This document shows positions 1 to 17,025 of a stretch of DNA of 64,000 nt, piece by piece. The stretch is from the human T2T-CHM13v2.0 reference genome, Homo sapiens. The position numbers and the translations under genes are program-made. Positions within the stretch are counted from its first letter, which is position 1, and the number at the start of each line of letters is the position of its first letter. Location: NCBI RefSeq assembly GCF_009914755.1, contig NC_060927.1. One strand, written 5' to 3'. Under the pieces are notes generated by a model. The model was not told where the DNA came from. It made no database searches and saw only the letters and a program-made list of their open reading frames with translations.

Positions 1-86
1 ATGTATACCTATGTATCAAACCTGCACCTTGTGCACATGTACCCTAGGACTTAAAGTACAATAAAATAATAATAATAATAATAATG
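1..86 (+). mobile_element. L1PA 3' terminus with (AAT)n tail, running off the window start
   Basis: atgtatacctatgtatcaaacctgcac...gtaccctaggacttaaagtacaataaaataataat matches the primate L1 3' end. Confidence 0.9.
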
Positions 87-418
87 TTTAAAAAATTTTT
101 AAAACTCCCATTGCACTCATTTACATTTGTATGCCCAAACATAATTTTACGTAAATTACATACCAAAGAGCATAACATCGTGTCTGACATATAGTAGGTA
201 CTAAAATATATATATAGCTGCACTACATTATGAAAATCTTTCTAAGGTGCTTTTATAGCATTAATGCACTCTTTTTAAAGACTGCACTATTCCATGGCCC
301 GAATAAACCCATTTTATTCAATCATAACCTATGTAAGACATTTACTTTGTTTCTTGTTTTCGGCCATTACAAACAGAATAAATAGTCTTATATACTCAGC
401 TGCAGTAAATAATCTTAT

Positions 419-1030
419 ATACTCAATTTTGCTCTAAGATAATATATGCATCCTGAAAATCACTATGCAATGCAAAATTGTGCAATAAAAACCACAGAGC
501 TTCTGGAGAAAAATGGGTTGCGGACTCAACATTCAAAAAGTCTCCCAAAACAGCAACATATAAAAAAGATAGGAACCTAAAAAATGGTTTAAAATGGTAA
601 TACATGTGTTAAATACACATTAAGAAATACATAAATACTATAATAAATATGGCACTTAACCTTGAAGAAAACCTGAAATTTGCATGAAGAACTGGGCAGA
701 AGTAGGTTTGCAATTTGTGAGTTATTGTGAAGTGGTAGATGGATGGTTATCTGAAATCAGATGGAACATTGGAATACTAGATGTGGATAGGTACGGCTCA
801 TTACGCAGTGAACTGAGGTAACTGGAGATATTAGTGGTGTCTGTTTTGTGTTTTGCCAGGCAGCTTGGTTCAGACGGATGCAGTTTCCTGCCATCCTCTA
901 GTATTTCTTACAGAAAAAATAATGCAGAAGCAAAAGCAAAATCCACACTATGTTCAATGTGTTCCCTAATATATCAGCTTCACTCTAGCAAATTCACATT
1001 TTAAAAGTCAAGTGTTACAGCACTATTGAC
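419..1030 (-). mobile_element. Tigger-family non-autonomous DNA transposon (MER82-like)
   Basis: Degenerate terminal inverted repeats with TA flanks. Internal motifs aatgcaaaattgtgcaataaaaaccacag, ggttatctgaaatcagatgga and gttccctaatatatca match my recollection of the consensus. Confidence 0.65.
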
Positions 1031-1210
1031 TATATATGTGTCATTATATGCCAATGCTTTCATTCCTATGAGTTAGATTTCCAGGATAGGGACTAATGGA
1101 TTTTTTTAAGATGCTAACAGATTGCATCCCAAACAGCTTTAATAATTTTAAGATATTTTCCATTTTCACAACCTCAGAGAAGACAATCCAGTCCCACACC
1201 CTGAACCTAA

Positions 1211-1472
<262 letters not shown>

Positions 1473-2339
1473 TGAACCTCATTTTTTACAAAGTTTGAGA
1501 CAATTGTGAGACTGGGTGAGAGTTCTAATAATGGACACTGACTCTGCTTCCTACTAGTCAAAGTAACCAAACGATTCATTTAAAGGACCAGGCGTTTCTG
1601 GGGACAAGCAGGAAAAGGAACCATCCCCTACTTATCCACCCTTCACCTCTGCCTCTGTAGCTCAGCATCAGAAGTAAAAGATTAGACCACAAGGTCTACT
1701 TCCTAAAATAAAAATTTGCCACATTGTAAAATTTAAAAATTCTCTCTTGGAAAGTGTTGAAATATACATTTAAAAAGATAAAATGAAAATAATATATTTA
1801 TTACTTTACCAGGGGGAGAAAACCATTTTTAATATTTTGTCAAAGTCTCTGTCTTTGTGTTTTGACATCATATGATATTTAGCTTTATCTTGACTATTTT
1901 CATGTCATAATTATCCTTAAGGTGCTTCATATTAACACTATATACCTACATAATACATTCTACTATGTGCCATAATTTACCTGGACATTTTTCTATTATA
2001 GAAAATTTGATTGTTTTCAAATGGATTCTGTCATAAAAATCCCTTCCAATTGGCATTTTCGTCTATGTATATTATATATGTGTGTGTAATATTATATATA
2101 TAATTTCTTCAGAATAGTTTCTAAGAAGGAGAATTTCTGGATCAATATAGGTGTATGTTTAAGGCTAATATATTTTACAAAATACCTTTCAAAAATATTA
2201 CACCAACTTATAGCTCTACAAATCTGGCCTTAACCAGATTTTATTACCTTTTGTAAACCTCTTCTAATTTGATATTTGAAATAATATAGCCCAGCACATC
2301 TCTGGCTGGGTTATATTGTAAATTAACTCTAGTTTTTTT

Positions 2340-3072
2340 AGCTGGTGCCCAGAAGTGCAGGTAAGGAGAGTTCCTGAAAAGAGCATGTGTTGTCTTTCAA
2401 AGCCTGTGTGTCATCTTCAAACAGGATTTATTGGGGGGTGGGCTACTTATGTGGGCCCAGAGGATTCAAAGAAACAGGCAGGTACAAGATTTTTGAGGAA
2501 ATTAACCTAGATGTCCCCATTTCAAATCTCAAGAGTCCTTCTGCTTCCTACCTAGGCCCTGATCTTGGTATAGTAGACTTGCTGAGGTTGAAATGACAAC
2601 CTTCTCTGCAGTTCCACTGTTCCCATAATTAAGTCCTGGAATTGATCTTCGACTTTTTCTTCTGTTTATAGAAGATAAAATTCATTTTGTATGCTGCCAA
2701 GAAAGCCCCCTGGCTTTCATACTTTGCCTTAAAGTGGGGATTAATCACCCTCAGCCTTTCCTTGTCTTTCTTCTCCAGTGCATTGCTAGTATCTAGGAAA
2801 AGCAATCTGATTCCCTTGGCCTGGTAATTACTACTTCCCTAGAACCGCTCAAATGCCTGAGATATTGCTCCTGCCAGTGCATTACCTTCCACTCGTGTCC
2901 TATTCCAGCTCAGAACTTGTAAAAGTTCTAACAACTGCACTGCTATAGCATGCTAGGGGCTATCATTTCCCCACCTAATACCAGTGGCAGGGTTCTCATT
3001 TCCCTGCAGCCAGCAAGGGATCCAGCTTCAAAGTTGCATTTTAGATTCTGCTTCCTCAGACATTCTAACTGG
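2340..3072 (-). mobile_element. ERVL internal (gag-side) fragment adjoining an LTR16
   Basis: ctagatgtccccatttcaaatctcaagagtcc...ggccctgatcttggtatagtagacttg resembles ERVL gag-side sequence and directly abuts the LTR. Confidence 0.55.
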
Positions 3073-3480
3073 TGTTTAAATTGGGTTCCCTAGGAAACAG
3101 ATTCTAAGATGGAACAATACTTATAAAAGAATGAGAAATAAGAATTGGACAGAGGGGGAAGTTGAACGTCAGTGTGCAATTCTAACAGGTCTTAGCCAGT
3201 CCTTCAAGAGCCCAGGAGCTAGAATGGCTCTTCCAAGTTTTCCAGAATTGAGACAAAAAGGCCAGGTCTTCGTACATCTGCATAGACCAGTTCTTTGATG
3301 TGAGCTAACTCCAGTAAGAGGGTATAACCTTGAGCAAAGCAGCTCCCTTTATTCTAGAGCAATCTCCAAAGTGGTACTCAGCCATGAAATGTCTACAGCC
3401 AATACTTCTCGCAGGTGTGGAAATGCACGCTTCAGACCTGAAGGGGCAACGCAGAAGGCATACCACAGCATCCACCACAT
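3073..3480 (-). mobile_element. ERVL LTR (LTR16C-like)
   Basis: Reverse complement starts TGTGGTGGATGCTGTGGTATGCC and ends ...GGAACCCAATTTAAACA, i.e. LTR16-type termini. Confidence 0.7.
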
Positions 3481-4444
3481 GCTTCCACAACAATAAAAAA
3501 TAGTTTGGATATTACTTAGCTTAATAGTTCGAAGATGTGTCTGTAAAAGTCAGCATAATGTTCAGGTAAGAGAACAAATGATGTTTTAAACAGGTAAATC
3601 AATACACTTAAGCAAAAATGTAGTTTGAATATTAAAGTTGGGGAAGATGTTCATAAACATCAATATATAAACAGGTAGGATAATAATTATTTTATAATAT
3701 AGAGAAATTAATAGTATATAGCCAATAGTAAATAAAAATAGGGAGGGACCAAACTCTTTGGCCAAGAAATAAGCTTTCTTTATAGCACAAGGTGTGTTCT
3801 GTAAGTTACACATCCTCTCCACTCCCGGATTTTTCTCCACCTTTGAGTTGCTGTGCCATCTATAAAATTTGTTTATACAAATTTTTATCTGCCTAACTTC
3901 CATGCTGCCACTCATTATGCTCAGCCTCATAGGCAAGGAACAGTGGTAAAGAAGAGAGGCCATGGTTCCCAAAATAGATTTCATTTTGTGCAATTCCACT
4001 AACTACTTTTCAGTCAGCTCTCTGCTTTAACTAGAAAAAAATATAGTAAGGAGAAGAGGTTGAAATTAGTTGAATCCTCTTACCTCCAATATGAAGATTA
4101 TTAATCAGCATAGATTATTGTAGGAAGCATGAATTTCAAAATTCTGTGGTCTAGGTGATTCTGACAAGTTATCTAGATTAATCTTCCTCATTCAATTTAG
4201 TGTGTAAAGTATTCTAGTCAAGACCCTTGAGACCCACCGGTTTGCCATGACAAAGAAAATTTTTAATCCCATTAATGAATGAATCAGCACCATTTCAAAT
4301 AAAGAGCTAATGAACTTTATGGAAGTCATAGATAAATTACTATGCTATGAAAGTTAGAAATTATTATATTGTGAATATAACTATTCTACTCAGCAGCCCA
4401 AGGCCAATTGTCAACTCTAATGAGATCTGGTAATATGGCCCATA

Positions 4445-4650
4445 TGATCTTGGGATTTCAATAAACCCAGGTTCAAGTCCTGGCTCTGCTACCTGGTAGC
4501 TTTGTTTTCATAAGCAAATGATTAACTTCTCTAAGCTTCAGTTGCCTGTTTCATAAAATACATATATCAATGCCACCTACTTCATGGAGTTTTGCAATAA
4601 TATGAGCAAATAGCATAGTACTGGCACCGAGAAAGTACTAAATAACTTTT
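4445..4650 (+). mobile_element. MIR SINE
   Basis: Core ccaggttcaagtcctggctctgctac...aacttctctaagcttcagtt. Confidence 0.8.
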
Positions 4651-6305
4651 ATCTATATTAATTTAATATTATTTTTAGCGTAACAATAATTGTTATTTGT
4701 ATTAATGTTTTTCAACGTGTAACTGATCTTTCTCAATGTTCTTGGGTTGTAAGAACAAAGCCTAACAGAAGCAGAGTTGATTTTTTAGTGTTTTAAATTG
4801 TGGCCCTCCAGAGGACGAGCAGTCCAACTGTGCTTGTTTAATGTGGTTTGTTCTGCACCATATGCGTGTGGGCTTTTAATAAATGCTGTTTGATGATGAT
4901 GATGAGTTCTTGGAGACAGAGCAGTGTTCAGCAGAGTCACTACATTATGTTTGGCCTTGCTTTCTACTACTCGACTCCAGGAATGCTCTTGTGAGCAGTA
5001 CCGAAACTTCTGAAATTTCCATTTGAGGTAAAGTACCGCTGCCAGCAAGCTGCACGAAGGGAGTCATTAACCCTCACCCTCTTTTCTTGTGGCTCTTGCC
5101 AAACTGACCCTCGGAAGGGCTTTCTCAGTGGGCTGTCCTGCAGTTCTCAGCAGCACTCCACAGCAGTGCTATCTGCTGTCCTTCCTGAGAAAGCAAGGGT
5201 AGAATAGCCACTGAGCTCAGTGGGCCAACTTCCAAAGTCCAAACTATGGGGAAAAATTTATTACAACTCTACCTAGAGGAAAAACAAAACCAAGGACTCA
5301 GTCTATAGTCAGTCCCTAATCAATGCAAAAGGAGCTTACAGCTCCAGGGACTCAAATAGGATTTAAACATTTTAGAAATGTTTACATTAAAAACAATGAT
5401 ATATTAAAGCAACAAGCCTGAAAACTACGATGGAAAGCAAAAATTCTTTCTCCCCAAAACTTACATTAAAGTGACTGAGCAGTATGAAGGGTTTTCTGCA
5501 GCAATCAGGCTTTTCAAGAGCCCAAGTCCTTTTTCTTGGATAGTTCACTTTCCAATCCAAGATAGACCTTTCAACTGAGTTTTGTCTTAGTACATTCTCG
5601 TCACTGCTATAAAACAATAATTGTCTTTGAATTAAGTCTCTTTTGTTTCAGATGTGCCCCCCAATTTTTAGAAGAAAAGTGTTTTTTCTTGAGTGAAGTG
5701 TCAAATTTCTTATGGACAAAACTTTCACTCTCCTATCTAGGAGTTATCATTGGAAAGGGTCTAGAGACCCCTGGTACAATCTTTCCAAAAAGGATACTTT
5801 AAATGAAGAGTGCAGAAAATGCTGTAAATGAATAATGCTTCTTTTCAGACAACCCGGGTTCTCCAAACACAGACATAGCTGTGATGCTTTGCCAGGTCAA
5901 GAAAGAACCCCATGTTTAACAATGATGACCTGGATTTGCAGCAACATTATTAGCTTTGCAGACAGTCTGCCTATGCAAGCTTAGACCCGATTTCCAAGGT
6001 TCGTTGAGATTATTGCCTGAAATATCAGAGAAGAGTTAATAGAGTGAATAGAGATTCAAAAGAGCAGAAGAACATCAAATCACTTTTGTGGGGAGAGGGG
6101 ACACAGGGAGAAGCCTGAGTCAATGTGCCTTGACTTGGAAAAAGACAACAAGACTATAAGTTTAACCTTGCAAAAGTCACAGAAATGAGAAATTTTGCCT
6201 TACTATACCTAAGTTTATGTGTTTACAGTTGCACTCTAAGTCACTCTTTACTCTTTGATCCACTTAATCATATTTTACATCCAGTTGATCAATCATTTCA
6301 TCAAG

Positions 6306-6611
6306 TGTTTGTTTGTTTGTTTGTTTTTGGAGACAGAGTCTTGTTCTGTCGCCCAGGCTGGAGTGCAGTGGCGTGATCTCAGATCACTGCAACCTCCGCC
6401 TTCTGGGTTCAGGTAATTCTCCTGCCTCAGCCTCCTGAGTAGCTGGGACTACAGGCGCATGCCACTATGCCCAGCTAATTTTTTGTATTTTAGTAGAGAC
6501 AGGGTTTCACCACGTTGCCCAGGCTGGTCTCGAACTCCTGAGCTCAGGCAATCAGCCTGCCTGGGCCACCCAAAGTGCCAGGATTATAGGCATGAGCCAC
6601 CATGCCCAGTC
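6306..6611 (-). mobile_element. AluS with (GTTT)n-converted tail
   Basis: Full dimer; TSD ttcatcaa at 6297-6304 and 6612-6619. Confidence 0.95.
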
Positions 6612-8172
6612 TTCATCAAATTTTTAAATCCATCCACAGAGACTTTGCAACAATATTCCAAGGATTTTTTTTTCATTGTTGACAAGTCTGTTGTTACTGG
6701 CAATGTGTGTAGGAACTAGTCCTGGTGACCTCCCTGTGAACCCACCAAAAAGTCAAAATTTGCAATTTCTTGTTCAGTGTAAAACTGAGCTTTGACCTTG
6801 AGGACTTTGTTGTGGTGGCTTCCCTTGGGAAATCAAAGAGACTGGTCATTTCTCAAGTCCCTAGAAGCAGTTCTGTTGTCAGAATCTCTCAGGGGCCTTT
6901 GAGTAAGACTCTTTCAACTTAATGGTTCAAGTACAAGTTTTCATTGGTATACAGAAGCCGTAATCTAAATAACAAGTCTTTCAAGAAGTGACAGGAAGAC
7001 ACAAGGGAGAGAAAAAGAGGAAACTGTTTTTGAGAAAAGAAGAGGTAAGATAATATAAAACGTAGTAGGAAGGAGTCAGTTTGAGCTACATAGCCACATC
7101 AGTCTCTCCATCTTTTTGGAATGTCTCATTTATTTGCTGGGTCCTTTCCATTGTTCTCGCTGGCTCTTCTCATGTAGAAAGAAAATACTTTCTCTGCCAA
7201 TTACAATTGAATCTTTTACACCTCAGCTGAGAACATTCTGTAGGTTGGACTTTATTCTAATTTACTTGGATACCCTTCCTATTGGCCTTATTTTTCTTGT
7301 GTCTCAGTTATAAGCCTTCCCTAAGAAGTTAGGTACTGCTATTCTACGCCTCACTCAGATGTTGACATAACTTTTATCACCAGCAATTCTACTTGTCAAA
7401 AGTAATTAGGCATGCTATCAAATGTCTGGAGCCAGGCAGATCTTCTTTATGATACACTTCAGCAAGACGCTCAATTTGTAGGTTTATTCATCCATATCCT
7501 TCTCTGCTTGTTTGCCCAACCCGTGGGACCACTTCTCTTTCTTAGAAACACATGGTTTTGTGAAGGCCAGGATCAGTCAGTGTTTTTTGAATGAGTACCC
7601 ATTATGGGCCAAAACTGTGTGTGAGAAACAAAAAATAAACATGAACAGAGCTGAAAAATACCCTAAAGCTTTAGTCTAAAATTTTCTTGTCTCCCAACAA
7701 TGAAATTGAGATCCAGAGAAATAATTTTTTCAAGTCATTCTATAATATCGTGGTGGGACTGGAATAAGAAAACAGTTCTTACCACAACTCCTGGACTTTC
7801 ACAGATTCATAAGTCTTTCAATTAGTTGAAATGACAAATTCCAGAACATCATAACCCAAAAACATTTCCCTGTACACTTATATGGTCCCCTCTAGTCAGA
7901 AAAATCTACCCTGTTTGAAAATGTTTATTAATGCCTCATCTTCCTAAGATTTTCCACAAAACCAAGCTCTAAAGAGAAAGGTAATGAGTTCTTTCCATTT
8001 TTTGTTATTCAAATTCTCACTGACCTCACGGGTCATAAAAAATCACTATCAACAATTCTGCAAGGGTTACGAAGTAACACACAAGTTAGCAGTGGCCTCA
8101 GTGAATACAGAACTGCATATGTCAGGAAGCCTGTGAGAAGGACCATATGTAAGAATTGAAATGTGGTAACTC

Positions 8173-11553
<3,381 letters not shown>

Positions 11554-12669
11554 AACGGGTTTTTTTTTTTAGAACAGCTGTTAAATTAGCAGAACCTACT
11601 TAGCTCTAGCTTTCAAATAGTCCAAACTTTTTAAACTTTTTCAACTTTCTGTCAGAAAAATTAAGTCATTAAAACAAACTTACATAAGGAATTTGCTCTA
11701 AAGGTATTCCTGTATGTCCTGGGATCAGGATTCTATGTATTCAAATCTCACACAAACAATTCTAAACCAAGGATAGTCTATTATTTACTGATTAAGGATT
11801 AAAATGGCCCCCATAGCCTCATGGATACCAAAGTAGGAGCATACATTGATGTATGTTAGAATGATTTTCAGTACTAAAAGCTTTGTCCCTTAACATTACA
11901 GCAAAAATTAACCAAACAATACTAACTTCTAATATTCCAATAAACCGAGATTTTAAGATATTGAATACAATAGAAATCCATTACGATCTTTAGTATGTCT
12001 AACAACTGAGCATCAGTTTCCTAAAATACACCTGCATTGAGATAACATCACTAATCCTACATTCAACAGTAGTTATACCTAGTCAAGTAACTTCAAGTCT
12101 TTAAGTATCACCTTTCTTAGGCTTAAAATAGAGCTGGTGAGCATTCAGCTAAGTGAGTTTTAAAGTCCTTCCCAACTGTGAAGTTATTTGATTATGTGGA
12201 TTCTATAACACTATTTGTGTATCACCCGAATATTAATCCTGTCCTCTGGCAATAAAAGAAAAAAAAGCACAAAATAAAATCCTATACAACCTCTCCAGTG
12301 TGCCAAAACCCTGTAATTCTCATTGACTCTAAAAGCAGTTCTGCAGATGTGAGAGGAAGAACATAAATAGTGTGCACCTCTGCAAAGTGAAACTGAGTGA
12401 CTGTGAGCCAGCCAGCTGCACCAAGAATGACTTCAATTGAGCTATGAGTTGGTAGCTGGTTCTCAAACCAGCTGTGCCACAATCCTTGATCCAGTCTTAT
12501 TTGCAACAAGAATGTGTATGGAGACCCAAGGGAAAACATTTATTTGCCTGCAAGAGATTAAAGATAGAGATACCACAACCAATTTGCAAGTCATTGGTGA
12601 TTATAAGAAATTTCTCAAAACAGAAATATTTGCTGAGTATTTTGTTTTTTGTTTTGTGTTGTTTTGTTT

Positions 12670-12850
12670 TAAACCAATACCCAGTTGAGTATCTACAATG
12701 TATCCGAATAGTAATAAACACTGTGGAGATAGAAAGATGAATAAGCCATAGCTCTTGCCTTCAACTCTGTAGGGGAAATAAGACATACACAAATAGATAC
12801 AACACAATGCAGTAGGGATGGGCCTACAAATAATGGAGACAACATTCTTT
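12670..12850 (-). mobile_element. L2 fragment
   Basis: ttgagtatctacaatgt...gatgaataagccatagctcttgccttca. Confidence 0.55.
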
Positions 12851-13573
12851 AAGAATCAAAGTAGGTTTTTGGCTGGTCATCATCGAGTCATTTTGACCTA
12901 CATCACATAATCATTAAAGATATTTATACACATACACACTGGTTGCAAGCCAAGAAATATGACCATGGCAATTAAACATTTTAAGAAAACAATAACAAAT
13001 TAAACAAAGTTGGTGAAAATTTAGCGAGGTTTGTAATTATAACTCTAGTTCTATCCCATTAACAAAGGTATTGGAATTTGGTGTTTTAGAGATTAGTAAA
13101 TCTGATCAAAGTAGACATTTCATACATGTCACTCTATTAAATGAAATGTGTTTTTGAAAACACTAAACCAAAAGCAAAATGGATGACCTCACCCCAACAT
13201 GCTATTCTTGGAATTTCTGACAGTCTTGTTTAATACTGTTTCATTGTCTTCTTATCAAAAAAAATTTTTAATGGAGTCCTTCGTATCTTTAGTGGAAATG
13301 GTATATTTAGTAGAAAATACAGAATAAACCTAAATTCTTATATACAGACAACTTAAACTTCCTTATGAGATTGACCATATGCATGTAACTATTCTCTCCA
13401 AAAAATGTGCTACAATGTCAGTAGAGGAATAAAAAGATATCAGTTCTAAAAAACAAAAAAAATTATGAGAAAGACAACATCAGAGTATGAGAAATTTCAG
13501 CAAATTTTTGGATAACTAATGGAGTGGTGGTAACTAAGCTTATGGAGGAATACAATCTCAAGTGCCTAGAAAG

Positions 13574-14040
13574 GTCTTAGGTCAGGTTCCTTAGAAGCAG
13601 AGCCTGAAATGGAGATTCCTGCGTAAATGACGTATTGATGAAATACCCTCAGGAGAAACTCATAGGAAAATGAAGGATGTTGGCTAGAGCATAAGAAAAG
13701 GCTAGGCAAAAATGTGATTTCAGAGAAGTCTAGCTTCAGCCCGATCCCACAAAGAGTGCTGGAGGATAAATAGTACCAAAAAGTTATCCCTTCCAGACAA
13801 AAGAATGCTGGGCTATTACACCACTGCATCAGTCAGTTACAGGTCTGCCCCAGGCAGAGGGAGAGAAGTGTGATCTCCCATGTATCTCTGAACCAACAAG
13901 CTCCCCTTTGCCAAGGACAATCTTTCAAGGAAGTGTACAGGTGTGAGCCACTAGAGCAGCAAGCATCTCCAACAGCTGGAGGCTGGGTGTACTCCCTTAG
14001 TAAAGGGAATCTGGGCAAGGTACCAACAGTATCTTCTCTA
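13574..14040 (-). mobile_element. ERVL LTR16A-like 3' LTR
   Basis: Reverse complement reads ...gatactgttggtaccttgcccagattccctttact...ggctcacacctgtacacttcc...ggaacctgacctaagac. Confidence 0.75.
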
Positions 14041-14762
14041 GCCATCACTTACACAGCTTTGTCCACTTGCTTCTCACTTTAAATATACTCCATCTGGTCA
14101 CTGCTTCTTCAGGGTTCTGGTTGGTTGCAATTTCCAGTAAAATTTACAGGAGGAGAGTTACTGGGGATGAGCTTCTGCCTCCCTGCTGAAATAGGTTTCA
14201 AGACCTTAACTAATATACATCTTCCTCTTCTTCCATCCTTTCTAGATTTCCTCCCCTTCTGATAACACTTCTGATAATTTAGGTGACTTAGCTATTGGGA
14301 AGACACAGGCCTTCATCCTTGAGTAGTCAAAGCCCCTTGTTAGCAAGCCTTTATTGTTTCATTTGCCAGTTTACAATTGAGATTGGGTGTCACTTTATCA
14401 AGAGATGTCCCACTGGCCCAGTGGATCATCTAAGTGCCAAACGTATTCCTCCCTGCCTTTTCATATGGCAGTAATTTTACCACTTCAGTGGTGAAAAGGG
14501 TCAAAATTAGCCTTCCCAATAGACAATTCCTTTCTTTGCCTGCTGGTAGGCCACAATGCCAGGTGTCAGCTATAGTTTTGTTTTTATTTGGTTTCTCTTA
14601 GCCACTAGGCCACCAGGGATGTAGTTTTAAATTAGGTTGAACGCTTTCTGTGATCCCAGGTGAAAGAATTTCCCTTGTGGGAACCAGGATCTCTAGACTC
14701 ACGGAGCTAGAGCTTCATGGTAATGTGAATCAGATCATGCTTACTTATATCCCTTAATTTCT

Positions 14763-17025
14763 CTTTTTATTATTACCTTTTATTTAGGTTCAGGGGTATG
14801 TGTGCAGGTTTGTTATATAGGTAAGCTGCATGTCACAGTGGTTTGATGTACAGATAATTTCATCATCCCTAGTAATAAACATAGTACCTGATAGGTATTT
14901 TTTTGATCATCTCTCTCCTCCCACTCTCCACCCTCAAGTAGGCCCCAGTGTCTGTTGTTCACCCCCTAATATCCCTGAGTTCTCATTATTTAGTTCCCAC
15001 TTATAAGTGAGAATATGCTGTATTTGGTTTTCTGTTCCTGTGTTAGTTTGCTTAGGATGATGGCCTGCAGTTCTATCCATGTTGCTGCAAAGGATATTAT
15101 CTCATTCATTTTTACGGCTGCATAGTATTCCATGGTGTATACGTGCCACTTTATCCAGTCTACCACTGATGGGCATTTAGGTTGATTCTACATCTTTTCT
15201 TTCTCTTTTTTGAGACGGAGTCTTGCTCTGTCGCCCAGGCTGGAGTGCAGTGGCGCAATCTCGGCTCACTGTAAGCGATTCTACATCTTTTCTATTGTGA
15301 ACAGTACTGCAATGAATATATGCCTGCATGTGTCTTTATGGTAGAACAATTTATTTTCCTTTGAGTGTGTATCCAATAATGGGATTACTGGGTCAAATGG
15401 TAATCCTGTTTTAAATTCTTTGAGGAATTGCCACACTGCTTTCCATAGAGGCTGAACCCCCACCAGCAATGTATAAGTGTTTCCTCTTCTCCCCAAACTT
15501 GCCAGCATCTGTTATTCTTTGGCCTTTTTCTAATGGCCACTGTGAATAGTGTGAGCTGGCATCTCATTGTGGTTTTGATTTGCATTTCTCTAGTGATCAG
15601 TGATATCGGACTTTTTCATATGCTTGTTAGATGCATGTATGTCTTCTTTTGAAAAGTGTGTGTTCATGTCCTTTGCCCACTTCTTAATGGAGTTGTTTTT
15701 AGCTTGTAAATTTGTTTAAGTTCTTTATAGAGGCTGGATATCAGACTTTTGTCAGATGCATAGTTTACAAATATGTTCTCCCATTCTGTAGGTTTTCTCT
15801 CTACTTTGTTAATGGTTTCTTTTGATGTGCAGAAGCTCTTTAGTTTAATTAGAGCCTATCTCTCAATTTTTGTGTTTGCTGCAATTGTTTTCGATGTCTT
15901 CATCCTAAAATCTTTGCCAAGTCCTAAGTCAAGATAGAATTTCCTAGGTTATCTTCCAGAGTTTTTATAGTTTGAGGTTTTACATTTAAGTCTTTAATCC
16001 ATCTTGAGTTGACCTTTGTATATGGTATAAGGTAAGGGTCCAGTTTCATTCTTCTGTATGTGGCTAACCAGTTATCTAAACACCATTTACTGAATGAGGA
16101 GTCCTTTCCCCATTGTTTGCTTTTGCCAGCTTTGTCGAAGATCAGATGGTTGTAGGTATATGGCATTATTTCTGACTCGTCTATCCTGTTTAATTGGTCT
16201 ATGTGTCTGTTTTTGTACCAGTACCATGCTGTTTTGGTTACTGCAGCCCTATAACATAGTTTGAAGTTGGATAAGTGATGCCTCCAGCTTTGCTCTTTTT
16301 GCTTAACATTGCCTTGGCTATTCTGGCTCTTTTTTGGTTCCATATGAATTTTAAAATAGTTGTATCTAATTCTGTGAAGAATGTTATTGGGAATGTGATA
16401 GGAATAGCACTGAACCTGTACATTGCTTTGGGCAGTATGGTCATTTTAACAATATTGATTCTTCCTATCTATGATCATGGAATGTTTATCTATTTGTTTG
16501 TGTCATCTGATTTCTTTGAGAAGCGCTGTAATTCTTGTTGTAGAGACCTTTCACATCCCTGGTTAACTGTATTTCTAGGTATTTTTTTGTGTGGCAATTG
16601 TGAATGGAATTGCCTTCTTGATTTGGTTCTCCGCTTGGCTGTCGTTGGTGTATAGGAATGCTAGTGATTTTGTACATTGATTTTGTATCCTGAAACTTTG
16701 CTCAAGTTGTTTACCAGATCAAGGAGATTTTGGTCAGCGACTCTGGGGTTTTCCAGATATAGAATCATGTCATCTGCCAACAGGGATAATTGACTTCCTC
16801 TCTTCCTATTTGTATGTCTTTTATTTCTTTCTCTTGCCTGATTGCTCTGACCAGGACTTCCAATACTATGTTGAATAGGAGTGGTGAGAGAGGGCATCCT
16901 TGTCTTATGCCAGTTTTCAAGGGGAATGCTTCCAACTTTTGCCCATTGAGTATGAGGGTGGCTGTGGGTTTGTCATGGGCTCTTGTTATTTTGAAGTATA
17001 TACCTTCAATTCTGAGTTTATTGAG
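14763..17025 (-). mobile_element. 5'-truncated L1PA16/PB-like element with ORF2 fragments
   Basis: ORFs [20 protein letters not shown] and [14 protein letters not shown]; degenerate TSD atatcccttaatttct (14747-14762) and atattccttagtttct (17026-17041). Confidence 0.93.
15201..15276 (-). mobile_element. Severely 5'-truncated AluY-like 3' fragment
   Basis: gagacggagtcttgctctgtcgcccagg...ctcactgtaagc; perfect 17-bp TSD gattctacatcttttct at 15184-15200 and 15277-15293. Confidence 0.92.

Noticed and set aside
3586-3999. 137-aa minus-strand ORF
   Set aside because: Non-ATG start, AT-rich composition, and no recognisable domain or splice context
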